Source: a virus. Taken from it: DNA of 64,000 nucleotides. The DNA lies in IMG/VR virus record IMGVR_UViG_3300033148_006102, positions 96,001 through 160,000 of that record; one strand, written 5' to 3'. The notes beneath the pieces are model-generated. The model did no database searches. It was not told the origin of the DNA and was given only the letters and a program-made list of their open reading frames with translations. A program made the translations under genes and the position numbers. This document shows positions 1-10,651 of the stretch, piece by piece (position 1 is the first letter of the stretch; each line of letters starts with the position of its first letter).

Positions 1-953
1 CATCATACGTACAGGATGCTATCGAAAATGCGATCTATGCACCGCAGAATCTGATCGCGAATCCGTTCATACTGTGGTCGCAAAATAATCCGAATACTGC
101 AGGTACACAGGTTCCGCACGATTATCTCAACGATCTGGTATTAACTATCGAAGACGCCGGCGACATGGGACCAGATGGTTGGTATCTGCTGAATGATATT
201 CCAGGAAGCGATATCGTTACCTTGAAGCGTCCGAAGATAACTGCTGTTCCGTACGAAGGTCGTGCGATTATGCAGATCACGGCTACGGACGCGGTTACTT
301 TCACGTTGGAACATCGGATACCTTTTACCGCGAATTTGGTCGGAGCAGGACTGACCTTCAGCTGCGATGTGCTATCACCTGTGGCTTCTGTTGAGTTACA
401 GTTGTTCAGATACGGGTTGGACGCAAGTCAAAACTTAGTAGCTACTGACTTTGGAGTGAGCGCTGTTCATGTGGGCAGTGAGGCGCGGATATTTGTGACA
501 ACATCAGATACCGCCATTACGCCAGTAACAATTGAAGACCTGTATATTGGCGCTCGGTTTTTTATTACCATGCCGGCAGGGGCCACAGTAACTCTCTCAC
601 GGCCGATGTTGGCAATCGGCGAATTTGACTCTGGTCTACCATTTGTGCCACCGGAAGACGTGGTTTCGAAAGCGCTTGGTTACTACGAACGTGTTCGTAT
701 GGTGTATTCGGGTTATGCGGATCAGTCAACCCTTATCACCGTGTCGGCACCGATTCAGCGTAAGTGGACCGAGATGGGCTCATTGGTTGTACAAGAAGCA
801 GCAAATGGACCGATAACAACCTTGTCAAATCTCGGTGCGCTGACACTGGCGTCATCGTATAAGCATATTCAGGCACAGGCCCGAACAAGTACAATCGGAC
901 CATGGGCTATGGATGGAGACTTTGAAGTAATCTTGCAACCGGAGATTGTCTAA
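1..953 (+). CDS. Tail fibre/baseplate-associated protein, 5'-truncated by the window edge
   Basis: The frame of the 165..953 ORF is open back to base 3 (SYVQDAIENAIYAPQNLIANPFILWSQ...). The NLIANPFxxW motif resembles the N-x-x-NG-x-F starts of the downstream fibre paralogues. Confidence 0.6.
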   Translation, partial: SYVQDAIENAIYAPQNLIANPFILWSQNNPNTAGTQVPHDYLNDLVLTIEDAGDMGPDGWYLLNDIPGSDIVTLKRPKITAVPYEGRAIMQITATDAVTFTLEHRIPFTANLVGAGLTFSCDVLSPVASVELQLFRYGLDASQNLVATDFGVSAVHVGSEARIFVTTSDTAITPVTIEDLYIGARFFITMPAGATVTLSRPMLAIGEFDSGLPFVPPEDVVSKALGYYERVRMVYSGYADQSTLITVSAPIQRKWTEMGSLVVQEAANGPITTLSNLGALTLASSYKHIQAQARTSTIGPWAMDGDFEVILQPEIV

Positions 954-1540
954 TGATCGTCAGGCAGAACCCTAACGCAGATCCGACTCGGCGTTCCTTC
1001 GAACGGCTGAACACTGCCGGCGACGCGCATCGTTTCGCCGCGGCTACGACAGGCTATCAAACGGTCATGCGGGCGAACGATATTGGTTATGGCCCGGTGG
1101 TGGATTTGGGTGGCGGATCGTACGAATTCACGTTGCCGTTTTCGTATCTGGTGGCAACTAACCAGCTCGAGGTTTACATCATTTCAGCAGGTACAGCGAA
1201 CAAGCTTATCAATACGTCAGTACTTGCAGCCGCAGATACCGCGAATTATATCGCGACGGCAGACAAGACCACAATTGAAGCCGGGCCGTATTTCGAAGAG
1301 AGTACCGGAGAAATGGTGATTGTGCACAATATTATACTGGATGATCTCATCTGGTTCTTAATCCCTCATACGAGTGTACCTGGAATCAGCCAAAACCGTG
1401 TTACGGTTGCGCCACAATCGGATCGTACTGCTCTGAAGTTCTTGGGGAGCGGCGATGGTTGGGAGTATGTGACGCCCGATGGTCAGCCAGGCCGGGTTTA
1501 TGTCACGAACAATCACCAACTCGTGGCCGAGAAACTCTAA
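953..1540 (+). CDS. Hypothetical virion (tail) protein
   Basis: 195 aa ORF, translationally coupled (TAATG) within the tail-fibre cluster. Confidence 0.55.
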   Translation: MIVRQNPNADPTRRSFERLNTAGDAHRFAAATTGYQTVMRANDIGYGPVVDLGGGSYEFTLPFSYLVATNQLEVYIISAGTANKLINTSVLAAADTANYIATADKTTIEAGPYFEESTGEMVIVHNIILDDLIWFLIPHTSVPGISQNRVTVAPQSDRTALKFLGSGDGWEYVTPDGQPGRVYVTNNHQLVAEKL

Positions 1541-1544
1541 ACGT

Positions 1545-1563
1545 GGGATTATAGCAAAGTCCA
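1545..1563. promoter_or_regulatory. Palindromic element copy 1 (GGGATTAT-AGC-AAAGTCCA)
   Basis: Matches the consensus GGGAYTAT-N3-ATARTCCC with 2 mismatches; ends 6 nt before the ATG at 1570. Confidence 0.55.
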
Positions 1564-1569
1564 AGATTC

Positions 1570-2559
1570 ATGCTGACAGCTGGAACATATGATGCGGTAA
1601 ACCTTTGTGTTAATGGAGGTTTTGACGAAGTAACACCTTCTGGGCTTGTACCAGCAGGCTGGGGAATTGAGGGTGCTGCACCAAATCCTGCGACGTATCC
1701 GTTGTGTTGTGATGAAGATGCGGAAGCATGCGTACCAGCCGTGCCTGTTTCGGAAGCGGAGATAACAAACTTTTTTGCTCGCCTAAGTGAGCCGGTTGAC
1801 TATCCAGGTTATAGGCATAAGTTAAACGTGGTTGTGCGGTCTGAAGATCCGACGAAAGGTGTGACGCTCTCGCATTGGGCAAATATGCGAAAGCAAAATA
1901 CTCGAGCATGGTCACGCCATTGGAAAACTACAGGGTACGTGGATCGCTATCCGTTTACGGTTGAGTTCAGCTTACGTGTGCTTCAAGGCGCAGGTACGAT
2001 CGAATTTCAATCGTTTGATATTACGGGTGGAGCAGTAACCGAACGTACAATCAACGCAGAAGTAAGCGAATGGGCTCGCTACAATGTACAGTTTACCTGG
2101 GATGGGTCATCTGCCATACCAGAGTCGGCTTTCTTACTGAAAGCTGTGCGAACCAGTGAAACATCGCAGTTTGAGTTTGAGATAACTGCGTTTCAGTGGA
2201 TTGCTGGGTATCACGATGACGCACGCTTTACAGGCGATCCTAGCTATCAAGTAACACCGCGGAACACGATCATTATGGTGATGGGTCCTGTGTGTCCGAT
2301 AGGTACGCGACCGCTGCGTGAAGTATATCCGGATGCTGAACAGCGATTTCCGCTTGGAGCATTAAACGGTACGTTGGCGACAGGAGGATCGGAATCACAC
2401 ACGCATGAGACTGGTGAACCGGTAAGTGGTTCAAATCGTCGCTTTACACGCGATGGTGGCGAAGAAGCGATGTCGCGAAATCCCCCACATAAACATGGAA
2501 CGAGTGAGGCACCTAACCGGCCGTATTCGTATGCGTTCAATTACTGTATTAAGCTATGA
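1570..2559 (+). CDS. Tail fibre-like protein with tail-collar/HxH tip domain (paralogue 1)
   Basis: N-terminal NLCVNGGF jelly-roll-like domain; C-terminal IIMVMGPVCPIG...HTHE...HKHG...YCIKL resembles collar plus His-x-His needle domains of short tail fibres. Confidence 0.65.
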   Translation: MLTAGTYDAVNLCVNGGFDEVTPSGLVPAGWGIEGAAPNPATYPLCCDEDAEACVPAVPVSEAEITNFFARLSEPVDYPGYRHKLNVVVRSEDPTKGVTLSHWANMRKQNTRAWSRHWKTTGYVDRYPFTVEFSLRVLQGAGTIEFQSFDITGGAVTERTINAEVSEWARYNVQFTWDGSSAIPESAFLLKAVRTSETSQFEFEITAFQWIAGYHDDARFTGDPSYQVTPRNTIIMVMGPVCPIGTRPLREVYPDAEQRFPLGALNGTLATGGSESHTHETGEPVSGSNRRFTRDGGEEAMSRNPPHKHGTSEAPNRPYSYAFNYCIKL

Positions 2560-4895
2560 CGAATAACAGAACAGAGTTTTTGCCTGTTGCGCATGCGCTA
2601 AACCGCGTACGAAATGGCGGCTTTCATCACGAGTACGCCTACTGGGAGGCTTCTAGTCTTGCAGGTCTACCGTCGCGGCAAGAGATTACGCCGTATGCAG
2701 AAAGCTATCCTAAGTGGACTGTGGGTGGGACTGAAGCAAAGGGTGTAAAGCAGATTCTGCTTGGTGTGCCTGGCTATCGACCAAGCTACGCACTCTGGTA
2801 CATCAGTGCTAAGTCGGTCAGCATACCCAATAATTACATGCAGATTACGGCCGTGCCGCGAGAAACGGAAGGTACGTTTCTTGCAAATGGCGGTGTAGTC
2901 GTTGGTTCGCGTGTGCGGCTGTACCAGATGGGTAATTCCGCACATGACGGTTATTGGCGCGTCATAGAGATCGTGAATGCCACGACAGTCAAAATTCGGC
3001 CTGAAGTAGGCGTTGTGGAACCAGCGGCTATTGCGCCAGCCGGAGTAGAGTATGTTGGTCGAGAAGTCGATCGTTATCGTTACCAGTTTGGGGCAGCGAT
3101 TACCTTCAAGGAAGAATACATTCCTGGTAAGTTTGACATAGCTGTCACTTTGTTCGCAGGAGACGACCCGACAGGTACAACGTATAAAATGGTTCACCGG
3201 CAAATGCCGTTTGAAGATCCGCTTTCTGTGCCAACGCCGGTTGTCGGCCTCAACGCAACTAAGACGGGCGGTAAGCACTTGCCGCCAACAGGTACGCCGG
3301 ACTGGGTACGTCATTATTTTGCTTTCGATTACGAATCAGAAGACTACTACGACCGCGCCGAATTCATGCTGGAAAGTTTGAATGCATCAGATTGGGAAGC
3401 CAGTGATATTGTAGTCGTACAGGGCGAGGTGCTGGCCTTACGAGTCAATGATACGGGCATAGCGACTAATAATGACTTACCCACGCCTACCGGTGTGGTC
3501 AACGTATGGACGCCGGATTTTGTTGAATATTCGACAGATCCATTAGACACGATGGCGCTCGGTGGAGAGGTCATACTGCATGTCGGTGACGTTTGTCCGC
3601 CAGGCTACAGTGAGGTGCTTTCGGCGCAGCGCATGTACAAACAGGATGGCAGCGGCGAAGCGATATATAATGTGCAGGCTGGTAATGCAAATGTGACGGT
3701 GGCGATGAAGTCGGGGTTTACTACGATTGCTGAAATCAAAATCGGTAATCCGGGTGGAACACCTTTTGACTACACCCAAAATGAGATTCAGCAAATGCTG
3801 CACGCTGGAATTCACCTTGAATTCGATACGGCGTTAACCACGGTGATGATGCTGCGGGTACAAGGAGCAACAGTATCCGCGCAGCGTGCTACATTTGAAG
3901 TAGGTATGCGGAAAGAACAAGCTGATGCGTTAACAGCGTATATTGCGGCAAATCCGGCAACAAACGTATATATTGCGCTATCCTCTTTCCAGCATTATGA
4001 CGATATGCGCACAATTACCCTCGAGATATTGGATTTGACTGGTGTAGTTCCCGCGGGTGTGGGTGTGGCCTCTGTCATGATTATGGATTCTCGTCGTGGC
4101 CAGCATTCTTTCACGATTTCCAATACTGGTGCAGGTCACACTAGCACGAGTATTGATAGTGCGCTAATTGCTTCGGAAGACGATTTGGCAGAAGCAATTG
4201 TGAAGTTGGTTAACCAAGAGTATTCGGGCGCATTCAATTTGCCGTACCTTAGCGCACAACAAGCGGATACTGTCGCAATTATCACAGTACCGGCAGATGC
4301 GGAAGTATCTGGTGAGGCGGTAGAAGGCGGAATAGCTATCGCGACGGATATCGTTTCTCCGAATTTACGTATTACGTCGACAGGCCACGGTATTCGCCCC
4401 GCGTTGATCAGCGAAGAGCCCGCGCATGTTGATGAAGAAAATGACGCGCCGGCGCCTTTTCCGGATAACAAGCTTCAGATAGAGGAACTACAACTGATTG
4501 TCGGGGACATTCTTGACTTTTTTGAGGTATACGATATTTCTACAGATCCGCCAACATTGGTTATTCCATCTCCCCGGCGTGTGAAGATCTCAAGCGTAGT
4601 ACGTAATTTGACTACCCGTGAGGAACACTATCTGGTTACGCAATTAAGCGGTGCAGCAGTGCCGGCTAATTGGGCGGAGTCAGTAGGCGGACCAGATCGG
4701 ACAAATCAGTTCCAGGTTTATCCTGTGCGTATTTTTGGACACGCACACCGAGCCAAAGGACTGATAGAAGGTTTTCAACACATACGTCTAGACGACGGGA
4801 GTATTACGTCATTTGGAGCAGGTCACTTCCACGATCTGGACCGGATTACGTCTTTACCACAATATTTACGTGTACGACTTTGTGAGAGGATCTGA
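2556..4895 (+). CDS. Tail fibre-like protein with collar/HxH motifs and large insertion (paralogue 2)
   Basis: NRVRNGGF start; GGEVILHVGDVCPPGY; GHAH...GHFH...LCERI end; about 350 aa inserted between the collar and tip motifs. Confidence 0.65.
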   Translation: MTNNRTEFLPVAHALNRVRNGGFHHEYAYWEASSLAGLPSRQEITPYAESYPKWTVGGTEAKGVKQILLGVPGYRPSYALWYISAKSVSIPNNYMQITAVPRETEGTFLANGGVVVGSRVRLYQMGNSAHDGYWRVIEIVNATTVKIRPEVGVVEPAAIAPAGVEYVGREVDRYRYQFGAAITFKEEYIPGKFDIAVTLFAGDDPTGTTYKMVHRQMPFEDPLSVPTPVVGLNATKTGGKHLPPTGTPDWVRHYFAFDYESEDYYDRAEFMLESLNASDWEASDIVVVQGEVLALRVNDTGIATNNDLPTPTGVVNVWTPDFVEYSTDPLDTMALGGEVILHVGDVCPPGYSEVLSAQRMYKQDGSGEAIYNVQAGNANVTVAMKSGFTTIAEIKIGNPGGTPFDYTQNEIQQMLHAGIHLEFDTALTTVMMLRVQGATVSAQRATFEVGMRKEQADALTAYIAANPATNVYIALSSFQHYDDMRTITLEILDLTGVVPAGVGVASVMIMDSRRGQHSFTISNTGAGHTSTSIDSALIASEDDLAEAIVKLVNQEYSGAFNLPYLSAQQADTVAIITVPADAEVSGEAVEGGIAIATDIVSPNLRITSTGHGIRPALISEEPAHVDEENDAPAPFPDNKLQIEELQLIVGDILDFFEVYDISTDPPTLVIPSPRRVKISSVVRNLTTREEHYLVTQLSGAAVPANWAESVGGPDRTNQFQVYPVRIFGHAHRAKGLIEGFQHIRLDDGSITSFGAGHFHDLDRITSLPQYLRVRLCERI

Positions 4896-5884
4896 TGGCC
4901 GACCAAGTCAATGTGTATTCGTCAACGCGCAACGGCATCAATCAGCTGCTAAACGGCAGTTTGCAGGCCATTGCTCGCGTGGTGGATTACGCCGATATGG
5001 CTTCGCCATTAACACCGTTTCGCGAAGGGGCCGTGCAAGATCCTGTATTGAATTCGGTGGTTAACATCGAAGAGGCCAAGCCGGCTTCCGAGACAATCGG
5101 CGGATGGAAATTCTGGGGTACTAAGGGACAAGCGTTTCATCGACGTACCCGTGGTGCCGGTGCCGTTCGTGATGGTGGCCATCGAGGGGGAGTATACGTC
5201 CAGGTTGACTTCTTGTTGGAAGGCACCATTTATATTGAGCAGCCGCTAGATCCTTTTGAGCATCTACTGTCACGGGTAATCACGTTTAGTGCAGGATTTG
5301 ATGCGGCAGAAGGTGCGGTTGACCTGCAACTACAACTCGTTGATGGTATAACTGTTGTAGCAGAATCCGACCCATTCTCGTCGGCTTTTCTGACTGGTTA
5401 TCAGCGGTTGAAGCTCGAAGCTACACTGGCAAATGATTTAAGCAGCTTGGCAGTACGGATTAAGGCCGTTGGTAAGCAAAATACAGCTTTTCGGTTTACT
5501 GATCTTTCGTTAAGTTTTGGTCAGCAGCGTTTGCTTGACACAGACTTGGCGCCAGATCTAGGTGAAATCGGCCGGCCAGGCGGCGCATTGATAATGGTGG
5601 TTGGCGATGCCTGTCCACCGGGATATCGCATCAATTGCGATCTTCTCAACCGGATCCCGTTCATGACGCACGGTGATATTTTAGCTGACGACGCGCAACG
5701 CGACACCGGCGAAGGTGGTGTATTTATTCACGATCATGGCGGAAGAAGTGGTCCTGCTATCGGGCATACGAAGGTGGCATACGGCGGAGGCACACATCTG
5801 TCGGGACACAGACATACTGTTGAAGCGTCGGATTTTACGCCACCTACGTTTCAGATCCTGTTCTGCGAGAAGATCGGTCCGTGA
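4895..5884 (+). CDS. Tail fibre-like protein with collar/HxH domain (paralogue 3)
   Basis: NQLLNGSL start; GGALIMVVGDACPPGY; HDH...HRH...FCEKI end. Confidence 0.65.
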   Translation: MADQVNVYSSTRNGINQLLNGSLQAIARVVDYADMASPLTPFREGAVQDPVLNSVVNIEEAKPASETIGGWKFWGTKGQAFHRRTRGAGAVRDGGHRGGVYVQVDFLLEGTIYIEQPLDPFEHLLSRVITFSAGFDAAEGAVDLQLQLVDGITVVAESDPFSSAFLTGYQRLKLEATLANDLSSLAVRIKAVGKQNTAFRFTDLSLSFGQQRLLDTDLAPDLGEIGRPGGALIMVVGDACPPGYRINCDLLNRIPFMTHGDILADDAQRDTGEGGVFIHDHGGRSGPAIGHTKVAYGGGTHLSGHRHTVEASDFTPPTFQILFCEKIGP

Positions 5885-6183
5885 GGAAGCGCCTTATACT
5901 GATATACGTTGAAGGTTGCAGTTTCTGCAAGCGTGAGCTCTATGGAGCTGCGGAACAGCTTGCGCATGAGATCGGATACGAGTTTTCGAAGCGTAAGCCT
6001 ACGATGCAAGAGCTGCAGACACGACGTTGGTCGGCTGGTTTTCCTGCTTTCGTGCTTGAGTGGGGACCGCACCAGCTGATTATGGTAGGTAACAAGGTTG
6101 TGCCCACGCTGGCTCGGTATACGGACGTTCTTCGGGAAGCTAATCTTACCCCGGCCGAATTAGCGCAGCACATCCAAACATAG
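5881..6183 (+). CDS. Thioredoxin/glutaredoxin-fold protein
   Basis: Hydrophobic strand followed by CSFC (CxxC) and a GFPAFVL cis-Pro-like motif; GTG start overlaps the upstream stop (GTGA). Confidence 0.7.
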   Translation: MRKRLILIYVEGCSFCKRELYGAAEQLAHEIGYEFSKRKPTMQELQTRRWSAGFPAFVLEWGPHQLIMVGNKVVPTLARYTDVLREANLTPAELAQHIQT

Positions 6184-6193
6184 GTGATGCGCT

Positions 6194-9100
6194 ATGGCAT
6201 TCCAGATGGTAACCGCGGCTCTCAAGACCGCATTTGAGGGACAGGCCTACTCCGAACAAGTTCTCGCAATCGAACCTACTGGTGCTATTACGTACAGCAT
6301 CGTATCCGGCGCGTTACCGAGTGGTGTTACGCTAACACCGGCTACTGGTGTTGTTTCAGGTACACCAGCTGCAGGTACCGTTGGAACGTATACGGTCAAG
6401 TTTGACGCGGATGACGGTGCCACAACCGTCCAGACAGGCAACCTAACCTTTTCAGTGCTACCGGCGGCCTACAACCGGGCAGCCGAATTTCTGTTGCAGA
6501 ACAAGGTGCAAGTCGGCGCCGATCATGTTTATGGATCTGGCGTCGATCGCGTAGATCTTGAACGGCACTTCTTTGATCTGCCGTCAGACAAAACATATGT
6601 TCACGATGCGATTCGAATTCTGATGCAATCGGTGGCGGGCTATCCGGCAACGGATCGGTCAGTTGATCAAGTAGCGCGGGATCTGAATACGGCAATTACA
6701 GCGATCAGCGGCAAGGTTTTTGCCGAAACAACAGCTGCATTGGTTGACGGAAATACTGCGGCCTTAACAGATATCGGCGGTAATCAAGCAACTTTCCAGA
6801 TGACGGGTGCGATTTACTTCGGTAAGTCTGGAAGCGCAGACGCGGCGACGTCCCGATCATACGTACGAATTACAGACCCAACCACAGAAGACGAATACAC
6901 GGATGACGATGGAAACGAGCTCGTTATCGCATCGATCTATGACGATCAGGCAGTACCAGTTGAAATTAATCCAGATTTAAATGGCGCAACGCAAGTTGAT
7001 AGCGACGGTTTCTATGTGGGTACGACGGTAACGGTTACGGTCGGTTTCTCTGCCGGTTCCACCAATCCAAAGACATACATTGCAGCGCAACCGGATACAA
7101 ATCTTGTCGTTAATTATGGTCTGAAGAAGACGTTCCAGACTTTGACAGAGGCCGCGCTTTTCCGCAAAGCAAATATTACTGGTGAGGTCGATGCTGACAT
7201 CAAACAGTACATTGCGGAAATTAAAGGTGACGATTACTTTGCCACGCCCGCGATTGACTTAGTTACAGCAGCGGCAGCTATTGCGGCGTCAGCTAAATTC
7301 CTTGTGATTGGTCCGTCTGGTCATTATGCGGACTTTGATACGGCGCTTGCGGCGATTCTCGCGGACACCACAACATACCCAGCTGGTAGCTATATTTTCA
7401 TGACATTGCCGCCAGGTGTGACACAGTATTTGTCAGCTGATCGTACAATTGATCGTGATTTATCTATTACAGCTGTATCAGTTGCACCAATTACTGGATC
7501 AGCTAGTACGTACATAGCCAAGGATGGTACGGCCAACCCGTATCGGATTCTTGTAAGCGGCGGCAATTTGTATCTGGATTTACGGAATGTTGGTCTGCGT
7601 TGTCAGGATACTGCACCGGATGCAAATAAAGAATTGATCTATGTTTCAGGCGCCAATGACTGCTATGTGCATTTCCAGGATTTCAATGGCGGCGGTCAGT
7701 GTTTATGGTCCGAGCATAACGCGGCAACGGCAGTTATTCGACAGGATGTGGCAGGCACAGGAACCATCCGTTGTACTGTGACTGATGGCTGTTTAATGTC
7801 GATCGTTGCTCCTGCGACATATGTAATTGATGTCGCAGCCGGTGGGTTGGCGTTTATTGCTGTGTATGGTGATGGCGATTGGGAAGATGGCGCTTTGAAC
7901 GGCGCTCCAGGCGCTATCGGTAGTATCGCGCAGTACACAGTCATACCGACTAAAACAACGCCATCGGTTTCTGGTGGTATGACACGATTACCGACAAGAC
8001 CTCCACACATGTCTGTGCCAGCTCGATCTTCAGATCCGACACCTAGTGCGGTTCCTGCGGATGATAACGGTATGATGTGGTACAACACCGCATCACACCT
8101 TATTCGAGCATGCATCAATTCGGTCTTTGTCAGCATGATGTCAAACCCGATGACTACACAGGGCGACATCATTACTGGTGCAGCTAGCGGTGTGCCACAA
8201 CGGTTAGCGCTTGGGACACAAAATTATGTGCTGGCCGCTGGCGCAACAGACCCACAATGGATGAACCTTGTACCAATTACTACGCAGGGTGACATCATTT
8301 ATGGGAATGCGACGCCGGTACCTGCCCGCTTGCCGATCGGTTCCACAGATCAGGTACTAACGGTGTCAGGCGGTCAACCAGCGTGGGCGGCCGCGACACC
8401 TCTTACTACAGCCGGCGACATAATCCGTGGTGATACCGCTTCTGGTGATCCAGAACGTCTAGCATTAGGCGCGGCTGGTACTGTGTTGACATCTGTTGGT
8501 GGTCAGGCCGCATGGGCAGTACCTGGCTCTGGGACCTGGACCATCAATAACACGCAAGTCATTCATGTATCGGAGAATGGAAACGATGGTACTGGAGACG
8601 GAAGCCCATACAAGCCGTACTTAACGGTATCAAAGGCATTGACCGTGCTTGCGGCTTCTGGACCAACAGCCATCATGGTGCACGGCGATATTACCGAAAC
8701 CGCGGCACTGGATTTAAGTGGTTACAGTGATTTGGCAATCATCGGAGATGGCCAGGGTGTTAGCCGTATTCTCAACGCAACGACAAATACGACCATGATC
8801 GTGCTGCCAACGGCCGCCAAGTCGAATATCGCGATCATGAACATCATGCTTGAAAACACGGACGATGATCCGGCTAGTCAGGCACTTCGGGTCGGTACAT
8901 CGGGCGCGGCAGGATCCTTGACGAACCTGATTATTCACAATGTGCACTGCAAGGCACGTGGTGGACAAGACGGTATCGTGCGCCTTTGGGTGGACAACGC
9001 AAGTGGCTCTTGGGCTTCGTCTTCGATCACGAACTTGAGTATCGAATGGGGTACGATACCAACGGCGCCAGCGGTCACGACCGGATTGGACCTAACAGAT

Positions 9101-10126
9101 CTGCTTGACGCGTCTGCATCAATTCTTATCGATGGATTGCAATTTGTGAATCTGGGTTGGAGTGGTGCACACTCTGTCGATGCGTATGCAGTTGAAGTTA
9201 TGAATTCGACGGTTTATAGCAAAGTCATCATTAACAATATGCAGATGGATGTAGCGCCGATCGGTACAGGTCAGCGCGTAGGTGTAAAAGGCACCGGGGC
9301 TTCTACCGTCACCGTACAAAATTCAAAGATTCGAATTGACGCCGGTAACGACATCACGGGCAATGTCTACGGCATGCTTTACTGTTTAGCGCTTAATAAT
9401 GACGTTACTATCTATCGTGAGTTTGATGCAGCGCCGGGTTCATCTAGTACGACAGCCGGGATCGGTGCATTATTGAGCGGTTCTACTGGTAACGTCGGCC
9501 GGGTAATACTGCATACAACAGGTACTTGGACTCTAGCTGAGCTCACCGTAGGCTATTTTTGCAGCGCATTAAATCAGCATTACGGTGAAAACACGGGCAT
9601 ACTGCTGTTGGGTGGTGATGGTGGTGATACGCTAACGGCCAACGCGGATTACGGCATAGGTGGAGTATATGTACTCGGTAGTTCGCAACCAAGCTACCAC
9701 GCTACGCTTACTGGTGTGCTAGATACTGTGCGCAGTACTGGTGCAGGAATAGCCACATTTACCAATTTCCAAGCTACTCACATCCGCGCTATAAGCGGTG
9801 CAACACATATCGGCCATTTAGTTTCCGTGATGCTGGACACCGATGCGGCCAATACCGCGCTCACTACTTGTGCTGCGCTGGCTTTGGGGAAGGCTACCTT
9901 AGCGAACACCGTGATCATAGGTTCTGGGGTGTTAGCTTTTGTGGATCGGGGCGCTACCAGTGCTGCATATGCGGGTCCGGCTGTGGTGCATCGTCCTGAA
10001 ACAGGTTTTGGCGGTAATCCTTCACTTGTTAGGCCGGCTAATAATCTGGCTTATTCGAAATTTACGAGCGCCACAGACGCGACGGTTGCGGCAGGTCTTT
10101 CGACCACTAACATGGGTACTGTCTAA
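6194..10126 (+). CDS. Large tail fibre/adhesin: N-terminal putative Ig (He_PIG-like) domain, 3 internal repeats, C-terminal beta-helix
   Basis: TYSIVSGALPSGVTLTPATGVVSGTP is He_PIG-like; three ~42-aa repeats (P-x-TTxGDII...RLxLG...VLT...W); HVSENGNDGTGDGSPYKPYLTVSKAL is typical of the start of pectin-lyase-like beta-helices; SD AGGTGA. Confidence 0.75.
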   Translation: MAFQMVTAALKTAFEGQAYSEQVLAIEPTGAITYSIVSGALPSGVTLTPATGVVSGTPAAGTVGTYTVKFDADDGATTVQTGNLTFSVLPAAYNRAAEFLLQNKVQVGADHVYGSGVDRVDLERHFFDLPSDKTYVHDAIRILMQSVAGYPATDRSVDQVARDLNTAITAISGKVFAETTAALVDGNTAALTDIGGNQATFQMTGAIYFGKSGSADAATSRSYVRITDPTTEDEYTDDDGNELVIASIYDDQAVPVEINPDLNGATQVDSDGFYVGTTVTVTVGFSAGSTNPKTYIAAQPDTNLVVNYGLKKTFQTLTEAALFRKANITGEVDADIKQYIAEIKGDDYFATPAIDLVTAAAAIAASAKFLVIGPSGHYADFDTALAAILADTTTYPAGSYIFMTLPPGVTQYLSADRTIDRDLSITAVSVAPITGSASTYIAKDGTANPYRILVSGGNLYLDLRNVGLRCQDTAPDANKELIYVSGANDCYVHFQDFNGGGQCLWSEHNAATAVIRQDVAGTGTIRCTVTDGCLMSIVAPATYVIDVAAGGLAFIAVYGDGDWEDGALNGAPGAIGSIAQYTVIPTKTTPSVSGGMTRLPTRPPHMSVPARSSDPTPSAVPADDNGMMWYNTASHLIRACINSVFVSMMSNPMTTQGDIITGAASGVPQRLALGTQNYVLAAGATDPQWMNLVPITTQGDIIYGNATPVPARLPIGSTDQVLTVSGGQPAWAAATPLTTAGDIIRGDTASGDPERLALGAAGTVLTSVGGQAAWAVPGSGTWTINNTQVIHVSENGNDGTGDGSPYKPYLTVSKALTVLAASGPTAIMVHGDITETAALDLSGYSDLAIIGDGQGVSRILNATTNTTMIVLPTAAKSNIAIMNIMLENTDDDPASQALRVGTSGAAGSLTNLIIHNVHCKARGGQDGIVRLWVDNASGSWASSSITNLSIEWGTIPTAPAVTTGLDLTDLLDASASILIDGLQFVNLGWSGAHSVDAYAVEVMNSTVYSKVIINNMQMDVAPIGTGQRVGVKGTGASTVTVQNSKIRIDAGNDITGNVYGMLYCLALNNDVTIYREFDAAPGSSSTTAGIGALLSGSTGNVGRVILHTTGTWTLAELTVGYFCSALNQHYGENTGILLLGGDGGDTLTANADYGIGGVYVLGSSQPSYHATLTGVLDTVRSTGAGIATFTNFQATHIRAISGATHIGHLVSVMLDTDAANTALTTCAALALGKATLANTVIIGSGVLAFVDRGATSAAYAGPAVVHRPETGFGGNPSLVRPANNLAYSKFTSATDATVAAGLSTTNMGTV

Positions 10127-10650
10127 TGAAGTATGCATACGAAAAAGCCACGGGCGAAATATACGAGCTTGATGATGCTGTTACAGATGAAAAATTCCCT
10201 GCGGAAGACTGGGAGTTTGATATCACTGTAGATTTCGAAGCATTGAGTGGTGTTCCGTATCACTATCGCGAAATTGTAGGCGGCGCTTTGGTGGAAATGG
10301 ATCAGGCCGGAAAAGATGCAGTAGATGCAGCAGCGTTGGCCGATTGGAAGGCGCAATGTAAAGCTAATCTGGCGCTGGAGTGCAAGGTTTACATCGAGAG
10401 CAAATGTCCGGCGCATAATCAGAACACGTTGAATGGGTTGTATGTTGAAGCCGCGACAAATCGCAAGGCACATATCAAGGAACTATGGGATTGGATCGAA
10501 ACAGTTATTGCATACAACCAAGGTAAGCAAGATGACATTGCCGAAGCTGCAGATGAGTCCGCAGCTTCGGCAATAACCCAGGATTTTGCCGCGTATGACG
10601 CAACCTGGCCAAATGTTACGATTGCGTCTGTCCGAGCAATTGAGGATTAG
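10126..10650 (+). CDS. Putative tail-fibre assembly/accessory protein
   Basis: 174 aa, acidic and helical, coupled (TAATG) directly behind the large fibre; assigned by position. Confidence 0.5.
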   Translation: MKYAYEKATGEIYELDDAVTDEKFPAEDWEFDITVDFEALSGVPYHYREIVGGALVEMDQAGKDAVDAAALADWKAQCKANLALECKVYIESKCPAHNQNTLNGLYVEAATNRKAHIKELWDWIETVIAYNQGKQDDIAEAADESAASAITQDFAAYDATWPNVTIASVRAIED

Positions 10651-10651
10651 T

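Noticed and set aside
10586-10651. Overlap extension of the metalloprotease ORF into the upstream gene
   Set aside because: An ATG directly after the upstream stop (10652) explains the gene without overlap.
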